From an uncultured Armatimonadia bacterium (GTDB lineage Bacteria; Armatimonadota; Zipacnadia; Zipacnadales; FEN-943), in NCBI GenBank assembly GCA_964608495.1, contig CAZSOQ010000001.1:8376-72375 (forward strand): a DNA stretch of 64,000 nt, read 5' to 3'. Each line of letters starts with the position of its first letter. The first letter of the stretch is position 1. The notes beneath the pieces were generated by a model. That model was not told the origin of the DNA, searched no databases, and saw only the letters and a list, made by a program, of their open reading frames with translations. Both the position numbers and the translations under genes were made by a program. Positions 47,713 to 57,962 of this stretch are shown here, in pieces.

Positions 47713-47896
47713 TGTCGCTTCCTCCGTCCGCCTGGGGTGCAGGCGGGTCCCTTGGTCGCCGACCGCGCAGGACCCGGACAGGCGCGCCGGCCGACGGAGA
47801 AGGATTATACCTGCCTTGTCCCTATCGGTGGGCAGGGATTCGCCGGGAGCGGAGGGAAGGAGCAGCCGAGCCCCTACCGTCCCGGGGGAGGAAGCC

Positions 47897-50659
47897 ATGA
47901 GTACTCATCGCCTTGCCGCGCGAATCCTGCCGACGGCGTTCCTGCTGCTGCTGGCCGTGCCGGAGCTGCACGCGCTCGATCTCTATGTCGCTCCGGACGG
48001 CAGGGACACGTGGTCCGGGCGTCTGGAAAGGCCCAACGCGGCGCGCACCGACGGGCCGGTGGCCTCGCTCGTGGGCGCCCGGGACGCAGTGCGCAGGCTG
48101 AAGGCCCAGGGCCCGCTGACCGAGCCGGTGCGGGTCCGGGTGGCCGCGGGCACCTACCCGCTCCGAGAGCCCTTCGTCCTCACACCCGAGGACAGCGGCA
48201 CGGCCCAAGCGCCCATCACCTACGAAGGGCCGCCGGACGCGGAGGCCATCGTCGAGGGCGGGCGCACGATCACGGGATTCCGGGCCGGTCCCGACGGCGT
48301 GTGGACCGCCAGCGTGCCCGAGGTGGCAGCAGGCGACTGGTGCTTCGAGCAGCTCTGGGTGAACGGCCGTCGAGCGGTGCGTGCTCGCACGCCCAACGTC
48401 GTGCGGCTCGGGGAGACCTGCGTGCCGCGGTACTTCTACGTGTGGCGCAAGGTCGGCTACGGCACCGACCCGCTCACGGGCGAGCGGGCGGACCTGTCAC
48501 GGCGGGCCTTCATCGCCCGGCCCGAGGACGTGCAGCCCCTGGCCGCGGTGCCCAAGGAGAACCTGCGGGACGTCACGGTGGTCGTCTACCACGCCTGGGA
48601 GTCGTCGCACCTGCGCGTCGCGGCGCTGGATGCCGACAGCGGGAAGCTCGTGACCACGGGACCGTCTCCATGGGCCTTCCAGTGGCTGGGCCCGAACCAG
48701 CGCTACCACCTCGAGAACTACCGGGAGGCGCTGGACCAGCCGGGTGAGTGGTTCCTCGACCGCGACGGCACGCTGTACTACAAGCCTCTGCCCGGCGAGG
48801 ACCCGAGCACCGCGCGGGTCGTGGCGCCCGTGGTGGACACCCTCCTGGCCTTCGTGGGCGACCCACGGACGGGGTTGCTGGTGGAGCACGTCACGCTGCG
48901 GGGATTGCGCTTCCAGTTCAGCGGGTACTGGCTGCCGCCCGAGGGGCACGGGGATCCGCAGGCCGCCGTGAACATCCCCGCAGCCATCATGGCCGACGGG
49001 GCCCGCAACGTCGCCGTCGAGGACTGCCGCATCGCCCACACCGGCACCTACGGTCTGTGGTTCCGCGGCGGCTGCACCGACTGCCGCGTGCAGCGCAGCC
49101 ACTTCTTCGACCTCGGCGGCGGCGGCGTCCGCATCGGCGAGACGAGCGTGGCGCCCGAGCCCGAGCGCACTGGACGCATCCTCTGCGACAATAACATCAT
49201 CCGCGCGGGCGGGCGTATCTTCACCGGGGCCGTGGGGGTCTGGGTGGGCCAGAGCAGCGACAACCGGGTGACCCACAACGACATCTCGGACCTGTTCTAC
49301 ACGGGCATCTCCGTCGGGTGGAGCTGGGGGTACCGCGACACTGTCTGCAAACGCAACACGATCGAGTTCAACCACATCCACCACCTGGGCTGGGGCGTCA
49401 TGAGCGACATGGGCGGCGTGTATACGCTGGGGGTCTCCGACGGGACGACCGTGAGCAACAACGTCATCCACGACGTGTACTCCTACGACAAGTTCGGGTG
49501 GGGCGGCCTGGGGCTGTACAACGATGAGGGTAGCACCCACATCACCATGGAGAACAACCTGGTCTACAAGACCAAGGACATGACCTACCATCAGCACTAC
49601 GGCAGGGAGAACGTGATCCGCAATAACATCCTCGCCCTGGGCAGCGAGTACCAGGTGTCGCGAGCACGGGTCGAGGAGCACCTGTCCTATACCTTCGAGA
49701 ACAACATCGTCTACTGGCGGACGGGGAAGCTGTTCTGGGGCAACGTGCGCGACGGGGAGATCAGATTCCGCAGCAACCTGTACTGGAACGCGGCCGGGGA
49801 GCCCTTCGACTTCGCCGGGCTGAGCCTGGAGGACTGGCAGGCGTTGGGGCAGGACGAGGGCTCGATCATCGCCGATCCGCTGTTCGTGGACCCTGAGCAC
49901 CTGGACTTCCGGCTGAAGCCCGATTCGCCGGCGCTGAGGATCGGCTTCAAGCCCTTCGACTACACGAAGGCCGGGGTCTACGGCGACGCGGCCTGGGTGG
50001 CGGCGGCGCAGGCGCTCGTCTACCAGGAGGTCGAGGCCGCGCCGGAGCCGCCGCCTCCGCCGCCTCTGGTGGTGGACGACGACTTCGAGGCCTACCCGGT
50101 GGGGGCGGGCCCGCTGGACGGGCAGCTCAATGTCGAGGGCAAGGACGACGCCATCGTCGTCACCGACGAGACGGCGGCTGGGGGCAGGCAGAGCCTGAAG
50201 ATCCTGGACGCGCCGGGGCTGCAGTACAGCTTTGACCCGCACCTCGTGTACTCGCCCAACTACTCGGACGGCGTCGCGCGCTGCGCGTTCGATATCCGCG
50301 TCGAGGAGGGTGCGGAGGTCTGGCACGAGTGGCGCGACTGGAGCGTGAACCCATACACGACCGGGCCACGCCTTCGGATCATCGGCGGCAAGCTGCTGGC
50401 CGGCGAGGACGAGCTGATGGACGTGCCGCCGGGGCAGTGGCTGCACGTCGAGACGAGCGTCCGGCTGGGCGAGCAGGCCACGGGCACGTGGAAGACGACG
50501 GTGACCGTAGCGGGCCAGGAGCCCCGGCACTTCGGGGACCTGCCTGTGACGACGGCGGGGTGGAACAAGCTCACGTGGATCGGGTTCGTGAGCAACGCCA
50601 CAGAGAAGACGGTCTTCTACCTGGACACCGTACGGATCGTGAGAGAGCCGCCGGAGTGA
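47897..50659 (+). CDS. Secreted right-handed parallel beta-helix repeat protein (pectin-lyase fold; putative polysaccharide lyase/glycosidase) with C-terminal beta-sandwich domains
   Basis: GGGGGAGGAAG RBS. Signal peptide [26 protein letters not shown]. PbH1-like repeats: [21 protein letters not shown] and [10 protein letters not shown]. Confidence 0.65.
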   Translation: MSTHRLAARILPTAFLLLLAVPELHALDLYVAPDGRDTWSGRLERPNAARTDGPVASLVGARDAVRRLKAQGPLTEPVRVRVAAGTYPLREPFVLTPEDSGTAQAPITYEGPPDAEAIVEGGRTITGFRAGPDGVWTASVPEVAAGDWCFEQLWVNGRRAVRARTPNVVRLGETCVPRYFYVWRKVGYGTDPLTGERADLSRRAFIARPEDVQPLAAVPKENLRDVTVVVYHAWESSHLRVAALDADSGKLVTTGPSPWAFQWLGPNQRYHLENYREALDQPGEWFLDRDGTLYYKPLPGEDPSTARVVAPVVDTLLAFVGDPRTGLLVEHVTLRGLRFQFSGYWLPPEGHGDPQAAVNIPAAIMADGARNVAVEDCRIAHTGTYGLWFRGGCTDCRVQRSHFFDLGGGGVRIGETSVAPEPERTGRILCDNNIIRAGGRIFTGAVGVWVGQSSDNRVTHNDISDLFYTGISVGWSWGYRDTVCKRNTIEFNHIHHLGWGVMSDMGGVYTLGVSDGTTVSNNVIHDVYSYDKFGWGGLGLYNDEGSTHITMENNLVYKTKDMTYHQHYGRENVIRNNILALGSEYQVSRARVEEHLSYTFENNIVYWRTGKLFWGNVRDGEIRFRSNLYWNAAGEPFDFAGLSLEDWQALGQDEGSIIADPLFVDPEHLDFRLKPDSPALRIGFKPFDYTKAGVYGDAAWVAAAQALVYQEVEAAPEPPPPPPLVVDDDFEAYPVGAGPLDGQLNVEGKDDAIVVTDETAAGGRQSLKILDAPGLQYSFDPHLVYSPNYSDGVARCAFDIRVEEGAEVWHEWRDWSVNPYTTGPRLRIIGGKLLAGEDELMDVPPGQWLHVETSVRLGEQATGTWKTTVTVAGQEPRHFGDLPVTTAGWNKLTWIGFVSNATEKTVFYLDTVRIVREPPE

Positions 50660-50721
50660 CTGCGGGGACCGGCTGTCCCGCGCGGCCGGCGGCCGTTCAC
50701 AGGCCGTGCGGCTTGCCCGGG

Positions 50722-52644
50722 CTAGGGCGCGGCCGTGGTGCGTAGCTCTAAGTCGTCGAGGTAGATCTCCGCGTCGGCGACTCCGCTGAAGGAGCCTCGC
50801 TCGACGCACACGTCACCCGTGACGCCCTGGGCCGGAGTGTCGAACTCCACCGACAGGCGCTGCCAGGTGTCGGGCTGATCCATGCGGTAGGCGCCGGTGG
50901 TGGCGTTCGTGACCCAGGCGCCGTCGGGGCCGTTGATGCCCACTTTCATGGACGGCCCGCCGCGGAGGCCCTCGAGCTTGCGTACGAGCATCCAGCCCGT
51001 CAGGCGGTAGCGGGCCCCCGGCTCGAGAGCCACGCGGGCCAAGGTGGCGTACCCCCACGTGTCCTCGCACTGGCCCTCGATCCGCAGAGCCCTCGCGCCG
51101 CCGTGGAGCGGGTCATCCACCAGCGCGGCCGCCATGCCCTGCGCCAGGCCCGCGGGGGTGAAGTCGCCCTCGAAGTCCCATACCCACACCCGCTCCTGTC
51201 CCGCCACGCCGGGGACGATCTGCACCTCGCCGACGCGGTACCAGTCCTGGGCGCCCATCTCCGCCATGGGCAGGTAGTAGCGCTGCTCGGGCTTCTCGGG
51301 AAGGAACAGGCGGACGCCCAGGAGGTACTGCCCGGGCGCGAGGCCGGGGGGCAGGTCCAGGATCGTGGCGACCTCGATGTCCTGGGCGGGCACCCATTGG
51401 GTCGTGGGCACACCAGGGAAGTCGGGCCGCGTGGCCACGGGGCGACCATCGGCCCCGAAGAGGCCCCACTCGAGGCCCAGGTTCTCATAGCACGGCGCCA
51501 CGCCCTGGTTCTGCCAGGTCTGCTGGATGGGCATGCGGCCAGGCATGTCGGGCCAGGCGTGCACCTCGGCGGGCGCCCGGGCCTCGATCAGAGCGAAGCG
51601 ATAGCCGATGTGCCGGGCGCAGTACTCCACGGCCTCGCGCACGTCCTCCGGCGGGGCCTCGTTGAGTACGTTGCCGCCGAAGTTGATGTTCTGGTAGCTC
51701 AGCGGCCCCTCGAGGCCCTTCTTGATTACCTCGACTACGTCCCAGCCGTTGGCCTTCATCCTGTCGTAGCCGCTGTGAAGCTCGAGATTGCACTGGACGC
51801 CGCGGAAGCCATAGGCCGGGTAGAGGGTGCTCTCGACATTGTAGCTGGCCCCGTGCAGGCCCAGCCCGTCCTGCCGGAAGTGGATTCCCCGCGAGGCGGC
51901 GTAGTCATTGATGCCCATGCGGCCGCCTACGTTCAGGAACACACGCGTGTGGGGGAAGGCATCGGCGAAGGCGTCAATGATCCGGCGGTAAGCCAGGGCA
52001 AGCTTGTAGTCCGTGAAGCCCGCCTCGACCATCTGATCGCGCGTCCAGCGGCCGGGGATGTGCTCGCCGAAGTGCATCTCGCCCCACTCGCCGATGCTGC
52101 CGATGTCCACGAACTCCAGGCCAGGCCGTCCGTCCGCCCACTCGCCGAACGCGCGGATGAAATCGCATTGCAGGTCGAGGTACTTGGGGTCCCAGAAGAC
52201 AGGGTCTATCTGCTCCTGGTCGCCCAGACCGGTGTGCGGCACGCCGGGCACGCCGGCCTGGAAGACCCACTCGGGGGTCACGTACTTGATGCGGCCGTGC
52301 ATGCTCTCGCACATGACGCGGAAGGCAACGCGCTTGTGGATCTGGGTGACCCAGTAGTCAAACATGGGGCCGAAATACTCATCAAACTTGTACTGGCCTT
52401 GCTCCGGCTCCAGGTCCGCCCAGTGGCACCGCGTGTAGGCTATTCCGCAGATCTTCATGAACCAGAGCTCGGGGTCGGGCTGATTGCGGGCTCCTGTCAT
52501 GTGGTAGATGCCCATTCCGGGGTTGAGGAGGACGGCATCGGTGATCTTAGGCTGCAGCGAGAGGGTGGCAGGGCCCTCGGGCTGGGCCTGAGGTGGTTGC
52601 AGGCAGAAGGCAAGCACGGGAAGGATGCATAGCATTGAGGCCAC
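50722..52644 (-). CDS. Secreted glycoside hydrolase-like protein (GH42-like/DUF4832-type TIM barrel) with a C-terminal CBM4/9-like module
   Basis: Signal peptide MASMLCILPVLAFCLQPPQA. N-terminal block GMGIYHM...CHWADLEPEQGQYKF. C-terminal WDFEGDF...ALRIEG...YRLTGWM is CBM-like. Confidence 0.5.
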   Translation of the reverse strand: MASMLCILPVLAFCLQPPQAQPEGPATLSLQPKITDAVLLNPGMGIYHMTGARNQPDPELWFMKICGIAYTRCHWADLEPEQGQYKFDEYFGPMFDYWVTQIHKRVAFRVMCESMHGRIKYVTPEWVFQAGVPGVPHTGLGDQEQIDPVFWDPKYLDLQCDFIRAFGEWADGRPGLEFVDIGSIGEWGEMHFGEHIPGRWTRDQMVEAGFTDYKLALAYRRIIDAFADAFPHTRVFLNVGGRMGINDYAASRGIHFRQDGLGLHGASYNVESTLYPAYGFRGVQCNLELHSGYDRMKANGWDVVEVIKKGLEGPLSYQNINFGGNVLNEAPPEDVREAVEYCARHIGYRFALIEARAPAEVHAWPDMPGRMPIQQTWQNQGVAPCYENLGLEWGLFGADGRPVATRPDFPGVPTTQWVPAQDIEVATILDLPPGLAPGQYLLGVRLFLPEKPEQRYYLPMAEMGAQDWYRVGEVQIVPGVAGQERVWVWDFEGDFTPAGLAQGMAAALVDDPLHGGARALRIEGQCEDTWGYATLARVALEPGARYRLTGWMLVRKLEGLRGGPSMKVGINGPDGAWVTNATTGAYRMDQPDTWQRLSVEFDTPAQGVTGDVCVERGSFSGVADAEIYLDDLELRTTAAP

Positions 52645-52691
52645 CTTCCTCTACTAAGCTATACCAAGCCCCGCGTCTCTGAGACAGGCCT

Positions 52692-54054
52692 CTAGGGCCT
52701 GGGCCGAGCCCGGAGCCACTCGACGCTCTCCTGCCATGCCTTCACCTGCTCCGGCATGTAGTAGAGGCCCGTGTCCAGCGGGTCCTTGCGGCGGGTGAAG
52801 AAGTTGACCCCCGCGTAGACGTGCAGCAGGCTTGCGCCCGCCTCGACGGCGGTCCTGAAGGTCTGGCGGATCGTGTCCGGGGGTGTGCCCTCGCGCTTGC
52901 CGTAGGTGCAGAGCTGGACGATGGTGCCCCACCTCTTGCGCACCAGGGACGCTGCGTGGCGGAACCAGTCGAAGTGGGTGCCGCTGTTGTACCCGGCGGA
53001 GACGAAGTCCACGTGGGGCAGTGCGGCGATGAGGCTCAGGTCCTGCCCGAGCTCCTTGACGGCCCACGTATCAGGCACCACGTAGCAGCAGCCGAGCCAC
53101 CCGTCGCCCTGGTCCCAGTAGCGGGTCGCCTCGTCGCAGGCCGCTTCGAGCCAGCGGGCATAGAGCTCCGTTCGCCATTCGTACCAGGCCTGCCAGAGCT
53201 CACCCGCGGGCCAGTCGTCGTCCGCCACCAGCCGATCGCGGTTCTGGTCCGTGATGGGGACGGCGGGCAGGCCCTCGTTGGCCCTGGCTCCCGCCTCGAC
53301 GCTCCGCGTAGTGACCGGGAAACGGGCCTCCTCGGCGCCCGCAAGGCCCTTCCGCGCGAGGAAGGCGCGGAAGCTGGTGAGAGACGCGGAGCTGTAGGTG
53401 GGGCTGGTCCAGTAGGTGCTGATGGGCCGGTACCAGAAGTCGCGGCCGGGCTCGCCCAGGATCTGCTCGTCAACCATGAGCATCTCGGCAGGCCGCCCGA
53501 CCGCCGCGAAGAGGGCCCGGCAGCGGGCGCGGAACTCGGCCAGGGCCGCGTCCGAGCCGTAGTCCCAGGAATGGCACGGCGCGAGCCCGCCGGTCTCGGG
53601 GTCCAGCCTGGAGCCGAAGAGCGCCTCGGCCTCGCCCTGGGGCTCCCGAGGCAGGAGGCTGGCCCAGGGGAAGCAGAAGGCGGTCTTCAGCCCGAGCCGG
53701 TGGGCCGTGTCGAGGGTCTGCGTGACCCGCTCGATCTCGCCGGGGAAGTGCAGCACGTCCTTGTCCCAGGTGGGCACGTCGACCCAGACGATGTCGAAGT
53801 AGGGCACCAGGTCGCGCAGGGAGGGCTCCAGGTCCTCGGTGGAGGCCACATGGTAGCTTAGGCTGGTGCCGGCCACGGTGGTCAGCGGGCGCCCCGGCTG
53901 GGGTTGTGCTTCCTCGGCCGCGGCGCCGAGAGCGGACGCCAGCGGGCACAGCAGCGCCGTCGTGAGGAGCGTCGCGAGTGCGGCCCCGCGCGGCGGCTGT
54001 GGGCAGCGGGCGCGGGTGCCCGGCAGGGCACGTCGGGGTAGTCGGTGGTTCACA
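52692..54054 (-). CDS. Secreted hypothetical protein, glycosidase-like
   Basis: Hydrophobic signal peptide ALATLLTTALLCPLASALGAAAEE. The start is uncertain (GTG near 54054 is proposed). Confidence 0.35.
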
Positions 54055-54222
54055 GCGATGCCACTTCGAGGACCGCAGGCCCGCTCCTGCCTCGCAGGGG
54101 CGGCCCCGGGCGAGGCGGAGGCGGTCGGCTGGCGCGAGGCCGGGCGGCGACAGAGGTAGCGTCCCTCGGGACGCGAAGCTGGAGGCCCAAGAGGCACCGA
54201 GGGACACGGGAGGTGAAGGCGC

Positions 54223-56598
54223 ATGAAGGCCGCCATCGCAATGGGGGCGGTGGCCTGGGCCCTGGCGGTGCTGGCCCAGGAGGCGCAACCCACGCCCTGG
54301 CAGCACTTCTTCACCGGGCGGATCCTGCCCACGCCTCAGCAGGTCGAGTACTCCAGCGACGTGTGGACGGTGGCGAAGGTGGCCGCGGGCCGCGTGGACC
54401 TCGCGCTGCTCATCGGTCCCTCGGCCTCGCCCGTCGAGGTGCTGGCGGCGAGGGAGCTGGCCGAGCGGGTCAAGCTGCTGTCGGGCGGGCTGGAGCCGCA
54501 GATCGTGCGCGACCTGGAGGCGGCGCCCAAGGTCTGCACCCTGATCAGCCTGGGGACGCCGTCCTCGAACGCCTTCGCCGCGAGCCACATCGGCCACTGC
54601 GGCGTCGAGCCCGTCAAGCAGGAAGAGGGATACTGGATCGCGGCCTATGGGCACAAGAGGATCGGCACGGGGGTGCTGGCCCTCGGCGCGGACGGGACGG
54701 GCGTGTACTGGGCCTCCAAGACGCTGCAGCAACTGCTCGAGCGACGGGGCGACCAGGTGCTCTTCCACCCGGCGACGGTGCGCGACTGGCCCGTTTTCCG
54801 GCTGCGCTCCTTCAAGGCGGGCGGCCAGGACTGGGACAGCCTGCGAGGCATCGGCGAGTGGTGCCCCAATGCCAAACTCAACTGCCTCAACCTGTGCTAC
54901 ACGACGGTCGGCAAGGATCGCTGGGTGGATCCCTCGCCGGAGTACCGGGCCTTCGTGGCGGAGATGGTAGGCGTGATGCGCGCGCGGGGCCTGGACTGTA
55001 TGCCCTTCGTGAATCCCTACTACCTGTGGGACGAGCACATCGAGGTGTCGGACCCTGCGGACCTGGCGGCCCTGGCGCGAACCTGCTCCCTGGGCCCCGC
55101 GGCCGGGGGCCGGCGCGTGATGCTCTGCCTGGACGACTTCGCCAGCGAGCCGGTGGGCGAAGGGAATCGGCTGTACAAGGTGCGCAGCGAGCGCGACGTC
55201 GAGAAGTTCGGCGATGACCTGGCGGCCGTCAACGTGGCGATGGTCGGGGACCTGTGGGAGCGGCTTCACCGCGACTATCCGCAGGTGACGCTGTACGTGG
55301 TGCCGCCCTACTACTGGAACCCCAGCGGCCGGTACAAGGAGGGCGGCGAGGAGTACCTGCGCAAGCTGGGCGCGGGGTTGCCCGAGGAAGTGCGGATCGT
55401 CTGGACGGGGCCGCAGGTGCGGTCGCGGACGGTTGACCAGGCGTCGGTGGACTACTACCAGGGGCTCCTGGGCCGTAAGGTCATGCTCTGGGACAACACG
55501 CTCTATGCCCGTCACAACCCGCCGCATTATCTCTTCGACGTCTTCACGACCCGCTATCCGGAACGGTTCTGGGAGCTCACCAGCCCCGAGGTGCACTACA
55601 ACGCGGGCGCCAGTGAGACCTACCGCGTGGGCCTGCTCTGCGCGGCGTCCTACCTGTGGAATCCCGAGGCCTACGAGCCCGAGGCGGCGTTGCGGGAGGC
55701 CCTGGCGGCGGTGGGCGGTCCGGAAGCCGTGAACGGTCTGGAGGCCTTTCGCGATGCCTTCTATGCCTTCTGGGACGAGTACCTAACGCCCTTCGGCACG
55801 GGCGCCGAGGCGCTGAGGAAGGTTGAGAGCGCGAAGCAGCGATGGATTGACGACGCGGAGATCGAGCGGATCGAGGGGATGGTCGGGGCGCTGCAGGCGG
55901 GGCTGGACGGCGTGAAGGCGGCGTGCGCCAACGAGCGGCTGGTGGCCGAGTGTGAGGCGGAGGCGGGCAGGTTCCTGCCTTACCGGGAAGCGATGGCGGC
56001 CATGCGCCGGCTCCCGCCGCCCGACCCGGCGCTGGTGGCGAACCTGGTGGCCAAGGCCGACTGCGAGCAGGTGGCGGACGGCAAGCCCGTCGGCTGGCGG
56101 CTGTACACCGGCGCGGGCGCGGCCGAGCTGGGCGTGGGCGATGAGGCGCACGGCGGTGAGCACTGCGTGGCACTGAGGGTCACGGGCTCGCACGACTGGG
56201 GCGACGGCCGCAAGTCCATCAACGTCGCGGCGATGGCCGGGAACACGGGCGGCTTCGACGCGGGCGAGGCGCCGGCGGTCCAGCCCCTGCGCATCTACTA
56301 CGTCAGCTTCTGGCTGCGGGGCGACGCTCTGCCCGTCGAGGTGAGCTTCCTGGGCTGGCGCGAGGGAAGGACGTCGTCGGACCGCGTGTCGTTGAGGATC
56401 GGGGTGGAGCCCTTCACGGCGGCGAAGGAATGGACGCGCTACACGGGTCGGTTCATCGTTCCGGCGGACGTGGTCTGCGGCGCCCTCAAGATCGGCATCA
56501 ACGGCTGGTGGCGTGGCGAGGAGCCGCCCACGGGCGCGGTCTACCTTGACGACGTCTACGTCGGCGGCACCCGCGCCGAGGCCGAGGGGGCGCAGTGA
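54223..56598 (+). CDS. GH84-like beta-N-acetylglucosaminidase (O-GlcNAcase/hyaluronidase family) with a C-terminal CBM4/9-like module
   Basis: Signal peptide. N-terminal GH20b-like domain. VMLCLDDFASE fits the GH84 catalytic DD motif. VMLWDNTLYARHNP fits the GH84 WDN block. Confidence 0.5.
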   Translation: MKAAIAMGAVAWALAVLAQEAQPTPWQHFFTGRILPTPQQVEYSSDVWTVAKVAAGRVDLALLIGPSASPVEVLAARELAERVKLLSGGLEPQIVRDLEAAPKVCTLISLGTPSSNAFAASHIGHCGVEPVKQEEGYWIAAYGHKRIGTGVLALGADGTGVYWASKTLQQLLERRGDQVLFHPATVRDWPVFRLRSFKAGGQDWDSLRGIGEWCPNAKLNCLNLCYTTVGKDRWVDPSPEYRAFVAEMVGVMRARGLDCMPFVNPYYLWDEHIEVSDPADLAALARTCSLGPAAGGRRVMLCLDDFASEPVGEGNRLYKVRSERDVEKFGDDLAAVNVAMVGDLWERLHRDYPQVTLYVVPPYYWNPSGRYKEGGEEYLRKLGAGLPEEVRIVWTGPQVRSRTVDQASVDYYQGLLGRKVMLWDNTLYARHNPPHYLFDVFTTRYPERFWELTSPEVHYNAGASETYRVGLLCAASYLWNPEAYEPEAALREALAAVGGPEAVNGLEAFRDAFYAFWDEYLTPFGTGAEALRKVESAKQRWIDDAEIERIEGMVGALQAGLDGVKAACANERLVAECEAEAGRFLPYREAMAAMRRLPPPDPALVANLVAKADCEQVADGKPVGWRLYTGAGAAELGVGDEAHGGEHCVALRVTGSHDWGDGRKSINVAAMAGNTGGFDAGEAPAVQPLRIYYVSFWLRGDALPVEVSFLGWREGRTSSDRVSLRIGVEPFTAAKEWTRYTGRFIVPADVVCGALKIGINGWWRGEEPPTGAVYLDDVYVGGTRAEAEGAQ

Positions 56599-56697
56599 GC
56601 GGACGTCACGGCGCGGCGTCCGCCGGCCCCCGGCGCGTGGTCCGGCCGGGCTGAGCCTGCAGCCGCGCGCCCGAGCAGTTACGGGCCGGCGAACACG

Positions 56698-57933
56698 GTG
56701 AAGGTGACGTCGTCAGTAACGGGGACCAAGACCATGAAAGAACCAAGGCGTGCTCACCGATGGTTCGTCGCGCCGCTGTTGACGGCGGCGCTCGTTGCCG
56801 GCTGTCTCGCCGCCGACCTGCCGCTTCCCCCGACCGACAGGGGCGGCTTCTCGGCGGGATTCAGCCTTCTCCGCCCGGCGCAGGAGGATGGGCCGCCCGG
56901 CCTCGAGGTGCTGGCCGTGTGGTACCCCACCGACGCCGTGGAGGCGGCGTACGAGTACCCCGGTAGGGGGCTGGCGGGAGCACGGGCGGCGTCGCGGGTC
57001 GCGGTCAACGCCATACCCGCCACCAGGGGCGCGCCCTATCCGGTGGTCGTGGCCGCGCACGGGCTGTTCGGCTCGGCGATAGGTCTGGCCTACCTGGCCG
57101 AGTACCTCGCGCGCCACGGCTACGTGGTCGCGGCGATGGACTACGCGGACACGATGCCGCCCGACTATACGCGGCAGGTAGCCGCGCAGCGCGTGGGGTC
57201 GGGCGAGGTCTTCACGAGCGGCCTCGCCTTCCTGACGACCGCCGGCCGATGGGCCCGGGACCTGGGCGCCGACCCGGCCAGGCTTCTCCGCTACCTCGAG
57301 GAGCGGCGCCTGCAGCCCACGCGGGAGCTGCTCGACTACCTGCTCGGGCTCAACGACCGGGCCGGCTCGGTGCTGGAGGGCTTGCTCAACACCGATCGCG
57401 TGGGAATGATGGGCCACTCGCTCGGCGGCTACACGACCCTCGGGCTGGTCGGCGGCCATCCCGGGCCCGCCTGGCGCGACGAGCGCATCAAGGTCGCCGT
57501 GCTGCTGTCCGCCGGGCTGCTGCCGTACCGCGGGCATGTGAGCCAGGTCGCGACGCCCGTGATGGTAATGTACGGCGAGAACGACCCGCCGGGCCTGGGC
57601 GAGCCCGAGGACCGGTACCAGACCTACGCCGAGGTGACCGGGCCGCGGGCGGTGATCGTGGTCGCGGGCGCCGAGCACCTGACCTTCAGCAACCCTCGGT
57701 CGCTCAACCTGGCCGACTGCTGGGAGCGGGACCGCAGGCTGGCGGTCATCGTCGCCTACAGCCTGGCCTTCCTGGATACCTACCTGTGTGCGGTGCCCGA
57801 GGCGCGGGCCCGGTTCGAACAGCCGACCCAGGGCGTGCTGTACCACGCCTACCAATGGCCCGGGGACACGGAGCAGACGTGGGGTGAGCTGCCGCCCTTC
57901 GTGCAGCAGCGGCGGCGGCCAGGCGGGCGGTAA
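56698..57933 (+). CDS. Alpha/beta-hydrolase lipoprotein (dienelactone hydrolase / PAF-acetylhydrolase-like)
   Basis: Lipobox LVAGCLA. Nucleophile elbow GHSLGG. The start may be the ATG at 56734. Confidence 0.65.
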   Translation: MKVTSSVTGTKTMKEPRRAHRWFVAPLLTAALVAGCLAADLPLPPTDRGGFSAGFSLLRPAQEDGPPGLEVLAVWYPTDAVEAAYEYPGRGLAGARAASRVAVNAIPATRGAPYPVVVAAHGLFGSAIGLAYLAEYLARHGYVVAAMDYADTMPPDYTRQVAAQRVGSGEVFTSGLAFLTTAGRWARDLGADPARLLRYLEERRLQPTRELLDYLLGLNDRAGSVLEGLLNTDRVGMMGHSLGGYTTLGLVGGHPGPAWRDERIKVAVLLSAGLLPYRGHVSQVATPVMVMYGENDPPGLGEPEDRYQTYAEVTGPRAVIVVAGAEHLTFSNPRSLNLADCWERDRRLAVIVAYSLAFLDTYLCAVPEARARFEQPTQGVLYHAYQWPGDTEQTWGELPPFVQQRRRPGGR

Positions 57934-57962
57934 GGCGTGGGGTGGGCCGCTGGGGTCGCCGC